The translations under genes were made by a program, and so were the position numbers. Below, in pieces: positions 48,265 to 57,701 of a DNA stretch of 64,000 nucleotides. Origin of the DNA: a virus; IMG/VR virus record IMGVR_UViG_3300008952_001422, positions 32,001 through 96,000 of that record. The stretch is one strand, 5' to 3'. Position 1 is the stretch's first letter. The number at the start of each line of letters is the position of its first letter. Under the pieces are notes generated by a model. The model saw nothing but the letters and a program-made list of their open reading frames with translations. It ran no database searches and was not told the origin of the DNA.

Positions 48265-50010
48265 ATGAAATCTAAAGTTAAAAGTATTGTCGTAGTTGGT
48301 GGCGGTGTAGGTGGCTGGTTCTCAGCGGCTTGGATGGCAGTGAAACATCCTAATATCAAAGTAACCCTTATTGAAAGTGATAAAGTTGGAATTATAGGAG
48401 TAGGCGAAAGTACGTTGCCTCAACTGGGTACAATGATGAAAGAGATTGGATTAGAAGAAAGAGATTGGATGACCCACACAAATTCTATTTACAAACTAGG
48501 TAATAAATTTGTTGGTTGGAACATCGAAGGCAAACGTGACCATGCAACTAATCATTTTTGGTGTTCACGATGGGACGAACAATATTATGGTTTCTCTTAT
48601 GCACTACCTGAAAAGAAAATTACATCAGGTCTATATCATCCATTAGAAAAGGAAGACCTATTTAGAAATTCTAAAGGGCAACCTGGCGTTGATGATAAAT
48701 GGAACGATTATTGGTTACAGTTATTACGTGACGGTCGTAAGAACCAGTGGGAAATGGCACAAGATATGCAAGAAGGAACATATCTTATGGATTATAATAA
48801 GGCGCCGTATGATTGGGATGATAATTTATTAGTTGGCACTTGGCAAGGTGTTACATATCATGTTGATGCAAATAGATTTCCAGAAATAATCAGAGAAAAG
48901 GTTGCAATTCCTCACGGTGTTAATCACATACATGGTCATATCAATGATATTAAGAAAGACGATGATGGTTATATTACCTCAGTTGTTACCGAAGAAGGTG
49001 AAGAGTTTGAGGCTGATTTATTCCTTGATTGTACTGGTTTCGCCCGAGTACTAACAAAAACAATGAATGTAGAATGGATACCGATGCCAGAAATAACAAC
49101 TACAAGTTTAGTTGTTGCACCAATAAAATACAAGGATGTAAAAAAAGAATTTCGTCCATACACTATGAGTAATGCAATGGATGAGGGATGGTTATTTGTT
49201 ATACCATTGTATAATCGAATGGGCTCTGGATACGTATATGATAGTAGCGAGATATCTAAAGAAGATGCAATGAAGAAATATAAAAAGTATTGGGAAGGTT
49301 ACGAATTTATCCAAGAACCACAACATATGTCCTGGGATGCAGGAAAGTATAAAACTCAATGGAATAAAAATCTTGTATCAATTGGCATGTGTGGTTCTAT
49401 GATTGAACCGATGGAAGCAAACATTCTTGGCATTGCTCAAGCAGGATTTCAATTATGTAGTAATTTAATTTCTCGTGCAGAGGAAAAAGACGAAGTTATT
49501 GGTAGAGGTTCACTCCACGCATACAACAGGAACATAGATTGGTTAGTTGAAACAATTAAACGATTTATTTTATTTCATTATACATTAACTGAAAGAGAAG
49601 ATACTCCATTCTGGAAGAAAATGAAACAAATGGGTATTGACGAAAAACATAAAGAAGCATGTTGGAGAGAATATAGGATACCTGCCAACAATGCTGAATC
49701 AGGAGTTCCAGATTTTATGTGGGCGATGATGGCGGTTGCTATGAATAAGTTCGATGATGATATTAAACTAAACACAAAACCACATCTAATGGAACAAGCA
49801 AATGAAAAATTCTCTTGGCTTCGAACATCAAGCAAACGAAATGGTGTGAATGCACCAAATGCCTATGAGTGGCATAAGAAGGTACTCTTTAGCAACAAGA
49901 CACATGATGAAGTCCTTCAGGAGAATCTTAAAAAATATTCAAAGATTGTTAAAACTAAGGGAAAGGTAAAGTCATCCTCCAGCGGAACAATTACCTCACC
50001 TGGAAATTAA
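48265..50010 (+). CDS. flavin-dependent halogenase (tryptophan halogenase family)
   Basis: GGGVGG FAD motif, GVGESTLP, K-L-G-N-K-F catalytic-Lys region, DCTGF, GWLFVIP (WxWxIP variant), IEPME. Confidence 0.85.
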   Translation: MKSKVKSIVVVGGGVGGWFSAAWMAVKHPNIKVTLIESDKVGIIGVGESTLPQLGTMMKEIGLEERDWMTHTNSIYKLGNKFVGWNIEGKRDHATNHFWCSRWDEQYYGFSYALPEKKITSGLYHPLEKEDLFRNSKGQPGVDDKWNDYWLQLLRDGRKNQWEMAQDMQEGTYLMDYNKAPYDWDDNLLVGTWQGVTYHVDANRFPEIIREKVAIPHGVNHIHGHINDIKKDDDGYITSVVTEEGEEFEADLFLDCTGFARVLTKTMNVEWIPMPEITTTSLVVAPIKYKDVKKEFRPYTMSNAMDEGWLFVIPLYNRMGSGYVYDSSEISKEDAMKKYKKYWEGYEFIQEPQHMSWDAGKYKTQWNKNLVSIGMCGSMIEPMEANILGIAQAGFQLCSNLISRAEEKDEVIGRGSLHAYNRNIDWLVETIKRFILFHYTLTEREDTPFWKKMKQMGIDEKHKEACWREYRIPANNAESGVPDFMWAMMAVAMNKFDDDIKLNTKPHLMEQANEKFSWLRTSSKRNGVNAPNAYEWHKKVLFSNKTHDEVLQENLKKYSKIVKTKGKVKSSSSGTITSPGN

Positions 50011-50627
50011 TGAACGTTTTAGAAACCTGGATAGGTGCTGACAATTTAGAATTCAAGTTAGTTGAATATACTCCTAGCATACTGGGTGATGTTCAGGCAT
50101 TTTGTGAAGCCTGTGCGGCAGAAGGTATTGAAAATAACTCCAGTTTACAAGAAATGAAGTTTGGTAAATGGGGTGACTTAGAACAATGGCACATGGTATA
50201 TCATGGTGATAAAATTATTAGCATAAGTGGGTCGCATTATTATCCACATTTTCATAAAGATTGTTATAGAATAATGTATCGAATGGCTACATTGAAAGCA
50301 TATCGTGGGATGGCAAGTGAGAAGATATCCCTTAGAAAAATGCAACACAACTTTTGCTTTAGAGCAATTATGCCAGCACAAGTTGATTGGTGTTTAACAA
50401 AAGGAGCAACTGAAATTATCGCAACTACTAATTCGCCAGATAATATCGATTATGGTGGGACGATGCATAAGGTTCATAATCACGGACGTAGACGCAGACC
50501 AAATACTAAATCTGATAATATGACATTAATTCAGAAAGATGCTGATGTTTACAATACAAAACAAGATATTTGGAGAGTAAATGTTAGAGATTTTGCAACA
50601 GGTAAAAAGATTAAATTTAAGAAATGA
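50010..50627 (+). CDS. putative GNAT-fold acyltransferase
   Basis: YHGDKIIS.SG strand followed by RMATLKAYRG (motif A-like). Confidence 0.5.
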   Translation: MNVLETWIGADNLEFKLVEYTPSILGDVQAFCEACAAEGIENNSSLQEMKFGKWGDLEQWHMVYHGDKIISISGSHYYPHFHKDCYRIMYRMATLKAYRGMASEKISLRKMQHNFCFRAIMPAQVDWCLTKGATEIIATTNSPDNIDYGGTMHKVHNHGRRRRPNTKSDNMTLIQKDADVYNTKQDIWRVNVRDFATGKKIKFKK

Positions 50628-51775
50628 CAGTATATATTAACGCAATCAGTGGATTAACTCCCTTTGGTAATTTAGACCAAACATGGAAAGGCATAACAGA
50701 TAATAAAGTATGTTATAGTGAACTAAGAAAGTTTCCATGGGACAAATATACTAGGTCTAAAGTTGCAGGTGAAGTGAAATTTAATGCCGAAGATTATTCT
50801 AGTATATCTGAAAGAGACCGTGAGAAGATGCCAGAGTATATGCAATGGGCATTAGCATCAGCACAGGAACTATTAGATGGTAAAGAGTTAAACAAAGAAA
50901 GAACTGGTGTAATGGTTTCATCAGCATTAAGTATGCACCTTGAGACTTTAAGGGCTAATGAAAAAGATGCAGGTAACACTTTCACTTTTACACCAAACAT
51001 GATATCTAATAATATTAACATTCAATATGGATTTACTGGTCCTAGTACTATGACTTCTAGTGCCTGTTCTACAGGAATGTATAGTGTTATTATTGGATGT
51101 ATGTTAATAGAAACTGGACAAGCAGATAATATAATTGCTGGTGCATTTGATGATTCCGTATCACCAGATTCCTATAAACAGTTCGGAAAACTTAGGGCAT
51201 TATCTACAAAATTCAATAATACTCCAGAAAAGGCATCTCGACCTTGGGACACAAAACGTGATGGATTGGTACTTAGTGAGGGTGGAGCAATGTTCTTATT
51301 ATCTAATGAGAAGACATCAGAGACATTGGCAGAGATATCTGGTTACTCCATGAACAATGATGCTTATCAAGTCGTGGCACCTCATCCTGAGGGGATTATG
51401 ATAGAGAAATGCATGAAAGATACGTTAAATGGACGTATTCCAGACTTAATTAATGCTCATGCCACATCTACTCCTATGGGCGATTATATTGAAATAGACG
51501 CACTTAATCGGCTTGGACTACAAGATGTATGGGTAACTGCAAATAAGTCGCAAATAGGGCATCTCATGGGGGCGGCCGGGGCTATGGAGTTGGCTTTAAG
51601 TGTACTATCATTGAAACATGGTGCAATAACTCCGTCATTAAATATAGATTACTTAGAAGATGGCTACAACATAAAGTATACTCCAACCACCAAGAACTAT
51701 ATGGTAGATTCAGTTCTATGTAATAGTTTCGGATTTGGTGGTGCAAATGCAAGTATTTTACTGTCTAAAACTTGA
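50624..51775 (+). CDS. fabF: beta-ketoacyl-ACP synthase (FabF-like KS)
   Basis: SSACSTG (Cys), INAHATST (His), KSQIGHLMGAAG (His), NSFGFGG. Confidence 0.9.
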   Translation: MTVYINAISGLTPFGNLDQTWKGITDNKVCYSELRKFPWDKYTRSKVAGEVKFNAEDYSSISERDREKMPEYMQWALASAQELLDGKELNKERTGVMVSSALSMHLETLRANEKDAGNTFTFTPNMISNNINIQYGFTGPSTMTSSACSTGMYSVIIGCMLIETGQADNIIAGAFDDSVSPDSYKQFGKLRALSTKFNNTPEKASRPWDTKRDGLVLSEGGAMFLLSNEKTSETLAEISGYSMNNDAYQVVAPHPEGIMIEKCMKDTLNGRIPDLINAHATSTPMGDYIEIDALNRLGLQDVWVTANKSQIGHLMGAAGAMELALSVLSLKHGAITPSLNIDYLEDGYNIKYTPTTKNYMVDSVLCNSFGFGGANASILLSKT

Positions 51776-51799
51776 CAGGATTAACATTTGTGTTATAAT
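51772..51799 (+). promoter_or_regulatory. strong early sigma70 promoter
   Basis: TTGACA-N16-TATAAT with extended TG. Confidence 0.8.
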
Positions 51800-51822
51800 T
51801 ATATCATAATTCAATAAAAGTA

Positions 51823-52629
51823 ATGGATATGATAGATAAATCAAAAAAACACACTTATATAGACTTTGAGGACTCAAAAGTAGTCTTATACTTTAGTAAG
51901 TATAATTTTACTGGTTCTGAAAAAACACTCAAAGATATGCAGGACAAGGATTCTCCTCACGTTTTTACTAAAACTGAGGTATTAAGTGCATCGATAATTG
52001 CAGATAAATTCAATGATAAGTATGTGAAATCTTCTGGTGCATTTGATATAGTTGAGGGCGAGTTTATGAAGACTGCTTTCAGTAATAAAGATATTTTGAT
52101 AGGAATTCTGACCAATTATCGTCATTTGATTACAAATAAAACATATCAGGAAGCAAAAGAGATAATGGCATATCTTGAGGATAAGTTTGCATTTAAAATT
52201 CTTGCTGATAATTTAACTGATTTTGAACATGGAATTGCTAAATTTCTGGCTGATGATAATTCATTGAGTAGTCACACATTGGGAATTGCCGCATATATTC
52301 CTACTTATTATGCAACCCATACAAAAAGTGATGAACTTAAAGATAGAAGTACACAATCTGGTCACTTAGGTAAGATAGGTGAAAAAATTACTACTGAAAT
52401 TGAGATACTATCATCAAAATATCTAGCAGAAACTCAATTTGGTGGGTCAGGTTATATGGTTAATGCTATCACAAGTGATAATCATAGATTATCTTTTTTC
52501 ACTGCAAATGAAGATATAGCAAACAGTAAAAAGAATGTTAAGGTTTCTTGTAAGATAAAATCTAAAGGAACCGCTTGGAAAGACGATAGTGTCAACGAAA
52601 CCAGGGTAAATTATGTTAAATTTGCTTAA
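51823..52629 (+). CDS. hypothetical protein, possible C-terminal OB fold
   Basis: SGHLGKIGEK...KIKS......ET.VNYVK C-terminal pattern. Confidence 0.55.
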   Translation: MDMIDKSKKHTYIDFEDSKVVLYFSKYNFTGSEKTLKDMQDKDSPHVFTKTEVLSASIIADKFNDKYVKSSGAFDIVEGEFMKTAFSNKDILIGILTNYRHLITNKTYQEAKEIMAYLEDKFAFKILADNLTDFEHGIAKFLADDNSLSSHTLGIAAYIPTYYATHTKSDELKDRSTQSGHLGKIGEKITTEIEILSSKYLAETQFGGSGYMVNAITSDNHRLSFFTANEDIANSKKNVKVSCKIKSKGTAWKDDSVNETRVNYVKFA

Positions 52630-52632
52630 AAT

Positions 52633-52660
52633 TTGACAAAATGCGGTTTTATGCTATAAT
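52633..52660 (+). promoter_or_regulatory. strong early sigma70 promoter
   Basis: TTGACA-N16-TATAAT with extended TG. Confidence 0.8.
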
Positions 52661-52693
52661 AGTAGTATATTTAATGATAAAAGAGGTTAAAAA

Positions 52694-53056
52694 ATGAGTA
52701 CAGATTATATCTTAAACAATACAGAGGGTTTAGTCAGCGAATGTTGTGGCGAGATTATGTGGGAAGACGGAGACCGTTGTCCTGCTTGTTTTGATAACTG
52801 TCTGGGAATTACTCCTGCAGAGGCATTCGGTACTCCTAAAGAAATTATGCTAGAAAAGTTAAAAGAATTTGCAAGTCCTTCTTCTGAAACAAGTCTAGCA
52901 AAAGGTCTTCCTATGGAAATGCTTGATAAGATTAAAGCAATTTTTCCAGGTGAATTTTTATACAGATACAGAGGACCTTCAACTAAAACATTCACAAGGT
53001 CTCCGTTTAATACGGTTCTTGAACATGCAACTAGTTTTGCAATATATTATAAGTAA
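52694..53056 (+). CDS. hypothetical protein with Zn-ribbon-like N-terminus
   Basis: SECCG...RCPAC. Confidence 0.6.
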   Translation: MSTDYILNNTEGLVSECCGEIMWEDGDRCPACFDNCLGITPAEAFGTPKEIMLEKLKEFASPSSETSLAKGLPMEMLDKIKAIFPGEFLYRYRGPSTKTFTRSPFNTVLEHATSFAIYYK

Positions 53057-53064
53057 GGAAAAAT

Positions 53065-54384
53065 ATGACAACTGTTACGAATGAAAAAGAATTAGACAAA
53101 GCATTAGACGATGTTTTGTCTGCTAACGGTGTTGAGATAGATAATACTCTTCCTGCTCCAGTAGTATTCGATTATACTGATGAAGAAGTTAAAGAGATGA
53201 TTGTAAGTAGTCGAGTTAGACTTCTTATTAGACATCCATTTTTTGGTACACTTGCTACTAGACTTAAAATGGTCGAGGCAGAATGGTGTCCAACTGCCGC
53301 AACTGACGGTAGACATTTTTATTATAATTCAGATTTCTTTAGAACTTTAACTCCTGAAGAAATTGATTTTGTTGTTGGTCACGAAGTTATGCATTGTGTT
53401 TATGAACATTGTGGTGAGTTCGGTAGATTAATGGACAAAAAAGAAGAAGACCGAGATATGAAACTTTGGAATATTGCGGCTGACTATAAAGTTAACCAAG
53501 CATTAGTTGAGTCCGGTGTCGGTACTATGCCGAAACAAGCATTACACGATAGAAAATATTACAGAAGTTATACAGAAGAAATTTACGAACATCTTAAAGA
53601 ATCTGGTGAGGCTGAGGATAAACAAACATTAGACGTTCATATGTTTGGTGATGGTGATGAAAAAGGTAAAGAAGGTGAGGGTAATGACCCAACTGGAAGA
53701 AAAGCACCTATTAAAGTTTCACCTCAAGAAGCCCAAGCGATTAAAGACCAGATGAAACAAGCAGTATTACAAGCGGCTCAATCAACCGATGCAGGAACTC
53801 TTCCTGGCGATATCAAAAGAATTATAAGTGGTATGACTAATCCTAAAATGGATTGGAGAGAACTTCTTAATATCTCTATTCAGAGTTTAGTAAAAAGTGA
53901 TTTCACATTTATGAGACAATCTCGTAAATCAAAGTCAATGGGAATTTATCTTCCAGGTCAAAAGAATGAAGATAAGATTGATGTTGCAATTGGTCTTGAT
54001 GTTTCAGGTTCTATTTCATCTTCAATGATTGAAGAATTTCTTGGTGAAGTTCACGGAATTATGCAACAGTTTCAAGATTTTAAGATTAGAATTTGGACAT
54101 TTGATACACAAGTAAACAAAGAAGGTTATAAAGAATTTGACCCATATAATGCTGACGAACTTAAGAACTACGAGATTGTCGGCGGTGGTGGTACTGATTT
54201 TGAATGTAACTATAACTTTATGAAGGAAAACGATATTACTCCTGATAAGTTTATTATGTTTACAGATGGTATGCCTTGGGATTCCTGGGGTGATGAAAGT
54301 TATTGTGATAGTTTATTTGTTATTCACGGTACTGACCAAATTGTTCCACCTTTCGGTGAACACGCCTATTACAGCCAAGCATAA
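53065..54384 (+). CDS. metallopeptidase plus vWA domain protein (DUF2201-like), MoxR partner
   Basis: TAATDG, HEVMH (HExxH), MIDAS DVSGS, GGGGTDF, FTDG. Confidence 0.88.
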   Translation: MTTVTNEKELDKALDDVLSANGVEIDNTLPAPVVFDYTDEEVKEMIVSSRVRLLIRHPFFGTLATRLKMVEAEWCPTAATDGRHFYYNSDFFRTLTPEEIDFVVGHEVMHCVYEHCGEFGRLMDKKEEDRDMKLWNIAADYKVNQALVESGVGTMPKQALHDRKYYRSYTEEIYEHLKESGEAEDKQTLDVHMFGDGDEKGKEGEGNDPTGRKAPIKVSPQEAQAIKDQMKQAVLQAAQSTDAGTLPGDIKRIISGMTNPKMDWRELLNISIQSLVKSDFTFMRQSRKSKSMGIYLPGQKNEDKIDVAIGLDVSGSISSSMIEEFLGEVHGIMQQFQDFKIRIWTFDTQVNKEGYKEFDPYNADELKNYEIVGGGGTDFECNYNFMKENDITPDKFIMFTDGMPWDSWGDESYCDSLFVIHGTDQIVPPFGEHAYYSQA

Positions 54385-54385
54385 T

Positions 54386-54727
54386 ATGAGTGATAAAAAT
54401 AAAAATTGGATATTAGCAATCGCAATTACACTTGCATTTATAACAAGTTCAGCATTTGCCGATACGCCATCTAAATATGGTTCAGAGTTTGACCTCTATC
54501 AATCAGGTTATGACGAAGAAGGCATATGGTGGGGAGTAAGTGGTTTAACATATAAAAACATTGATACACCGATAGATTATTCAATTTGTGTAGGATATAA
54601 AGTAAATGAATGGACTTTATGTAAAGAAATTCTCAAGTCACGAGGATATAGATTTCATAATACACTTAATGATATTGATGTATCAGAAACGTATGAAATT
54701 GATTTCGAACTAGCAAAACTCAAATAA
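54386..54727 (+). CDS. exported hypothetical protein
   Basis: Start at MSDKNKNW; signal peptide ending AFA|D. Confidence 0.55.
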   Translation: MSDKNKNWILAIAITLAFITSSAFADTPSKYGSEFDLYQSGYDEEGIWWGVSGLTYKNIDTPIDYSICVGYKVNEWTLCKEILKSRGYRFHNTLNDIDVSETYEIDFELAKLK

Positions 54728-54750
54728 ATTAAAACTAGGTCATAGTTCTC

Positions 54751-54774
54751 AAACCCCTCTTCGGAGGGGTTTTT
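54751..54774 (+). terminator. intrinsic terminator with cUUCGg tetraloop
   Basis: aaacccctc-ttcg-gaggggttttt; GATAAATA follows directly (54775-54782). Confidence 0.85.
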
Positions 54775-54807
54775 GATAAATATTTACTATTAATATTGAT
54801 ATGACCT

Positions 54808-55338
54808 ATGAGAGATACCCTCCTTTTGAACGCAGACGGCAATCCTTTAAGTGCCGCACCACTTTCAACACTCACCTGGCAAGAGAGCATTAAACTCGTA
54901 TGGCTTGATAGAATTAACGTCCTGGAATGGCACGAGGATTGGCAGGTTCATAGTCCTAACATAACAATGACAGTTCCTAGTGTTATGATGGTTCGAGAAT
55001 ATGTCAAACGAAGAACAAACACATCATTTAGTAGAAGTAATGTTTATCTAAGAGATAATTATATTTGTCAGTATTGTAAACAGATGTGTAGTTATAAAGA
55101 ATTAACCATAGACCATGTTATCCCAAAATCAAAAGGTGGTAAAACAGAATGGACAAATGTCGTTTCTGCCTGTAAAAAGTGTAACAATAATAAGGGAAGT
55201 TATACTCACATCAAACCCTATAAAGAACCTAGAAAGCCAGATTTCCTACAATTAGTCAATGGAGTCAATGGTAAACACATCGACCATGAGATTTGGTTGA
55301 AGTATATTAACACTAATTCAAAGAAAAAAAGAGCATAA
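54808..55338 (+). CDS. HNH endonuclease (McrA-like)
   Basis: RDNYICQYC...TIDHVIPKSKGG...WTNVVSACKKCNNNK. Confidence 0.9.
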   Translation: MRDTLLLNADGNPLSAAPLSTLTWQESIKLVWLDRINVLEWHEDWQVHSPNITMTVPSVMMVREYVKRRTNTSFSRSNVYLRDNYICQYCKQMCSYKELTIDHVIPKSKGGKTEWTNVVSACKKCNNNKGSYTHIKPYKEPRKPDFLQLVNGVNGKHIDHEIWLKYINTNSKKKRA

Positions 55339-55353
55339 ATTAGTAAAAAATGC

Positions 55354-55382
55354 TTGACTTTCAATAGTAAACCAAGTAGAAT
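55354..55382 (+). promoter_or_regulatory. sigma70-type promoter
   Basis: TTGACT-N17-TAGAAT. Confidence 0.55.
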
Positions 55383-55449
55383 AGACTAGTGAATTGTAAA
55401 AATTCATATTATATAATATAAATTTAACAAATGTCAAAGGAGAAATTTT

Positions 55450-55716
55450 ATGGCAGACAAACAAAAAACAGCGGCACCAGAGCAAACTGCTCCTAGTGTA
55501 ACAGTAAATGACCTGGTTAATATCTACAATATTATTGACCTGGCGTCAAAGCGTGGTGCCTTTCAAGCGAATGAACTTTCGTCTGTAGGTGCTGTTGCAA
55601 ATAAAGTCAAGGAATTTGTAGACCATGTCCAAGCGGCGCAAAAAGCGGCAGCCGAAGCGGCAGAAGGTAAAAACGCAGATGTTAAACCTGACGATAAGAA
55701 AGAGGGAGCAGAATAA
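55450..55716 (+). CDS. hypothetical phage protein
   Basis: IID.ASKRGAF...ELS.VG motif; SD AAGGAG. Confidence 0.65.
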   Translation: MADKQKTAAPEQTAPSVTVNDLVNIYNIIDLASKRGAFQANELSSVGAVANKVKEFVDHVQAAQKAAAEAAEGKNADVKPDDKKEGAE

Positions 55717-56381
55717 TGGCTGCCTTTATTAAACACGTAGGAACACACAAAGGCACTAACACTCGTTTGAGTGTAGTATTTTTGCGCCTACCTGACGACA
55801 AAGAGAATGCTTTAGCAGTATACAGTGATTCATTGCCAGATAAGTATCATGAAGATTTCATGAAGGCAGTTGAGTCTAAGGAAGGACAAGCCGCAAAAGA
55901 GTTATATGAGGTTCTTTCTCGCAAAGTATTTTGGAACGGTAACAATATGCTAGAGACTTTACATAAAGAAGGTCTGCTAGTTAAAATACCAGTCGATGCA
56001 ATTATTATGACACCTAACACCAACACTTCATTACCTTTGCCTGATTTACTAACGCAGATGGATGAAATTACTGGTGGTAAAGCAACTAGAACACCTGAAG
56101 CAACAAGCCAAACTGTTCAAGAAGCCGTTGCTGACCAGGTCGATAGAAGTTTGGGTGATGATAATAAAAAGATTGCTCAAAACTTACTAGTTCAGGCAGT
56201 AATGTTAGAACAAGAGGCTGAAAGAAAACGTGCAGAAGCGGTTAAGTATGACCCATCTCTTGCTGAGAAGGCAGAAAAACCAGCGAAACGTGGCAGAGGC
56301 AGACCTGCAGGTACAACTGCTAAAGCCATGAAGGCGAGAGCAGAAGCCGCCGCTCCAGCAGACGCCGTCCCAACGGAATAA
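55716..56381 (+). CDS. hypothetical protein with C-terminal AT-hook
   Basis: KRGRGRP motif encoded at 56286-56306. Confidence 0.65.
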   Translation: MAAFIKHVGTHKGTNTRLSVVFLRLPDDKENALAVYSDSLPDKYHEDFMKAVESKEGQAAKELYEVLSRKVFWNGNNMLETLHKEGLLVKIPVDAIIMTPNTNTSLPLPDLLTQMDEITGGKATRTPEATSQTVQEAVADQVDRSLGDDNKKIAQNLLVQAVMLEQEAERKRAEAVKYDPSLAEKAEKPAKRGRGRPAGTTAKAMKARAEAAAPADAVPTE

Positions 56382-56417
56382 GCCTGCTAGTATATTAACT
56401 TTTAAGAGGAATCTGAA

Positions 56418-56780
56418 ATGATGAATGACCCAGACTTTGATAAGTTAATGGATGAAATATTTCCAATGAGTATTCCAACAGAATACGTAGAAAAAATACT
56501 AGTAACATTAGCAAGTGGTCAAATGATTGAAATGTCAGGTGATGAATTATTACATCCACTGCCACTTGCTGATGATTTAAATTGGGAAAGACTCGTACAC
56601 AGATTTGATAAGATTGCTGATGTTCAAGTAAAGATAAATGTTACAAAGATTAAATCTGATGTTTCTAAAAATGTAAAAACAATTCTAGGCGCCCATTTTA
56701 AAAGTAATAATACAGATACCGGAACTGTCAATGGAGAAATAGAAGATGAGAACAAGGACATATTGACCGGCAATGATTAA
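56418..56780 (+). CDS. hypothetical protein
   Basis: SD GAGGA; 120 aa. Confidence 0.55.
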   Translation: MMNDPDFDKLMDEIFPMSIPTEYVEKILVTLASGQMIEMSGDELLHPLPLADDLNWERLVHRFDKIADVQVKINVTKIKSDVSKNVKTILGAHFKSNNTDTGTVNGEIEDENKDILTGND

Positions 56781-57336
56781 CATGATACTGGCTGCCGATG
56801 AATTGGGCAGTATCGGATTCAAAAACGGCCTTCCCTGGCCAAAACTCAAAGAAGACTTACACTGGTTTAAACAACTCACTGAAATGAATGTAGTAGTTAT
56901 GGGTTCCAATACTTGGAAAAGTCTTGGTGTACACGCACCATTAACATCCAGATACAATTACGTAATAACTTCATCACATAAGAAAGATGATTTTCCTGGT
57001 TGTTTTGGAGTTTGTAATCCAAGTGAAGACTCAGTTGAGATTATTCTTAAGTCTTTAGACTTTGGTCATCCTGACAGAGATATATTTGTTATTGGTGGAA
57101 AGACTTTATTTGATGAAGCCTATGAGTATTGCGATGCTATATTTTTGACTAGAGTACACGACCAATATCCCTCAGATACTAAAGTTGATATAGAAAAGTA
57201 CATTGACGATTTTGTTATACTCAATCAATTGTATAGTCAAGGCACCCAACATATTCCTGATATAACGTTTGAAACCTATTTAAGAGCAGGTGAAGAAAAC
57301 GAGGAAATTGAATGGGATGACGATATACCATTCTAA
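56773..57336 (+). CDS. dihydrofolate reductase with acidic C-terminal tail
   Basis: IG..NGLPWP.L.EDL.WFK..T...VVMG..TW.SL, FVIGG; ends WDDDIPF. Confidence 0.9.
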   Translation: MINMILAADELGSIGFKNGLPWPKLKEDLHWFKQLTEMNVVVMGSNTWKSLGVHAPLTSRYNYVITSSHKKDDFPGCFGVCNPSEDSVEIILKSLDFGHPDRDIFVIGGKTLFDEAYEYCDAIFLTRVHDQYPSDTKVDIEKYIDDFVILNQLYSQGTQHIPDITFETYLRAGEENEEIEWDDDIPF

Positions 57337-57340
57337 ATTA

Positions 57341-57348
57341 GATAAATA
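57341..57348 (+). promoter_or_regulatory. late promoter variant GATAAATA
   Basis: Context aattagataaataag, as at 6491 and 44921. Confidence 0.55.
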
Positions 57349-57392
57349 AGTATAGTAATTACTATAACCTTTTAACACCGGAGTACTAAATT

Positions 57393-57701
57393 ATGATAAA
57401 AGAAACTACTATCCTGCAAGGATTGGATGATGAACAGACTTACGAATCAGTTGATGCATTCTTCACTGCACATGGACTTGATGAGTGGAGAGCGAAAGAA
57501 CTAAAATGTTTTACTGATGCTGGTTTTGATGTTACTGACTCCACTAAACAGATGGCTGAAATGAGTTCAGATGGCAAACGTGTAATCATTACAGTTGCTT
57601 ATGCTGACCAAGCCGAAAAAGATGCTGTATTCGCCAATGCAGATGCAGGCGAAGGTCCAGCAGGACTTACACAATATATAACTGAAGACCACTTATTCTA
57701 A
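57393..57701 (+). CDS. hypothetical acidic protein
   Basis: Last + strand gene; overlaps the convergent gene by 9 nt. Confidence 0.55.
   Translation: MIKETTILQGLDDEQTYESVDAFFTAHGLDEWRAKELKCFTDAGFDVTDSTKQMAEMSSDGKRVIITVAYADQAEKDAVFANADAGEGPAGLTQYITEDHLF

Noticed and set aside
54808-55338. HNH gene as a mobile intron/homing element
   Set aside because: It is free-standing with its own promoter-like motif and interrupts no gene; no intron structure seen.
855-56957. Numerous minus-strand and alternate-frame ORFs in the track overlapping long + strand genes
   Set aside because: They are shadow ORFs antisense to, or nested in, well-supported genes, with no motifs or RBS.
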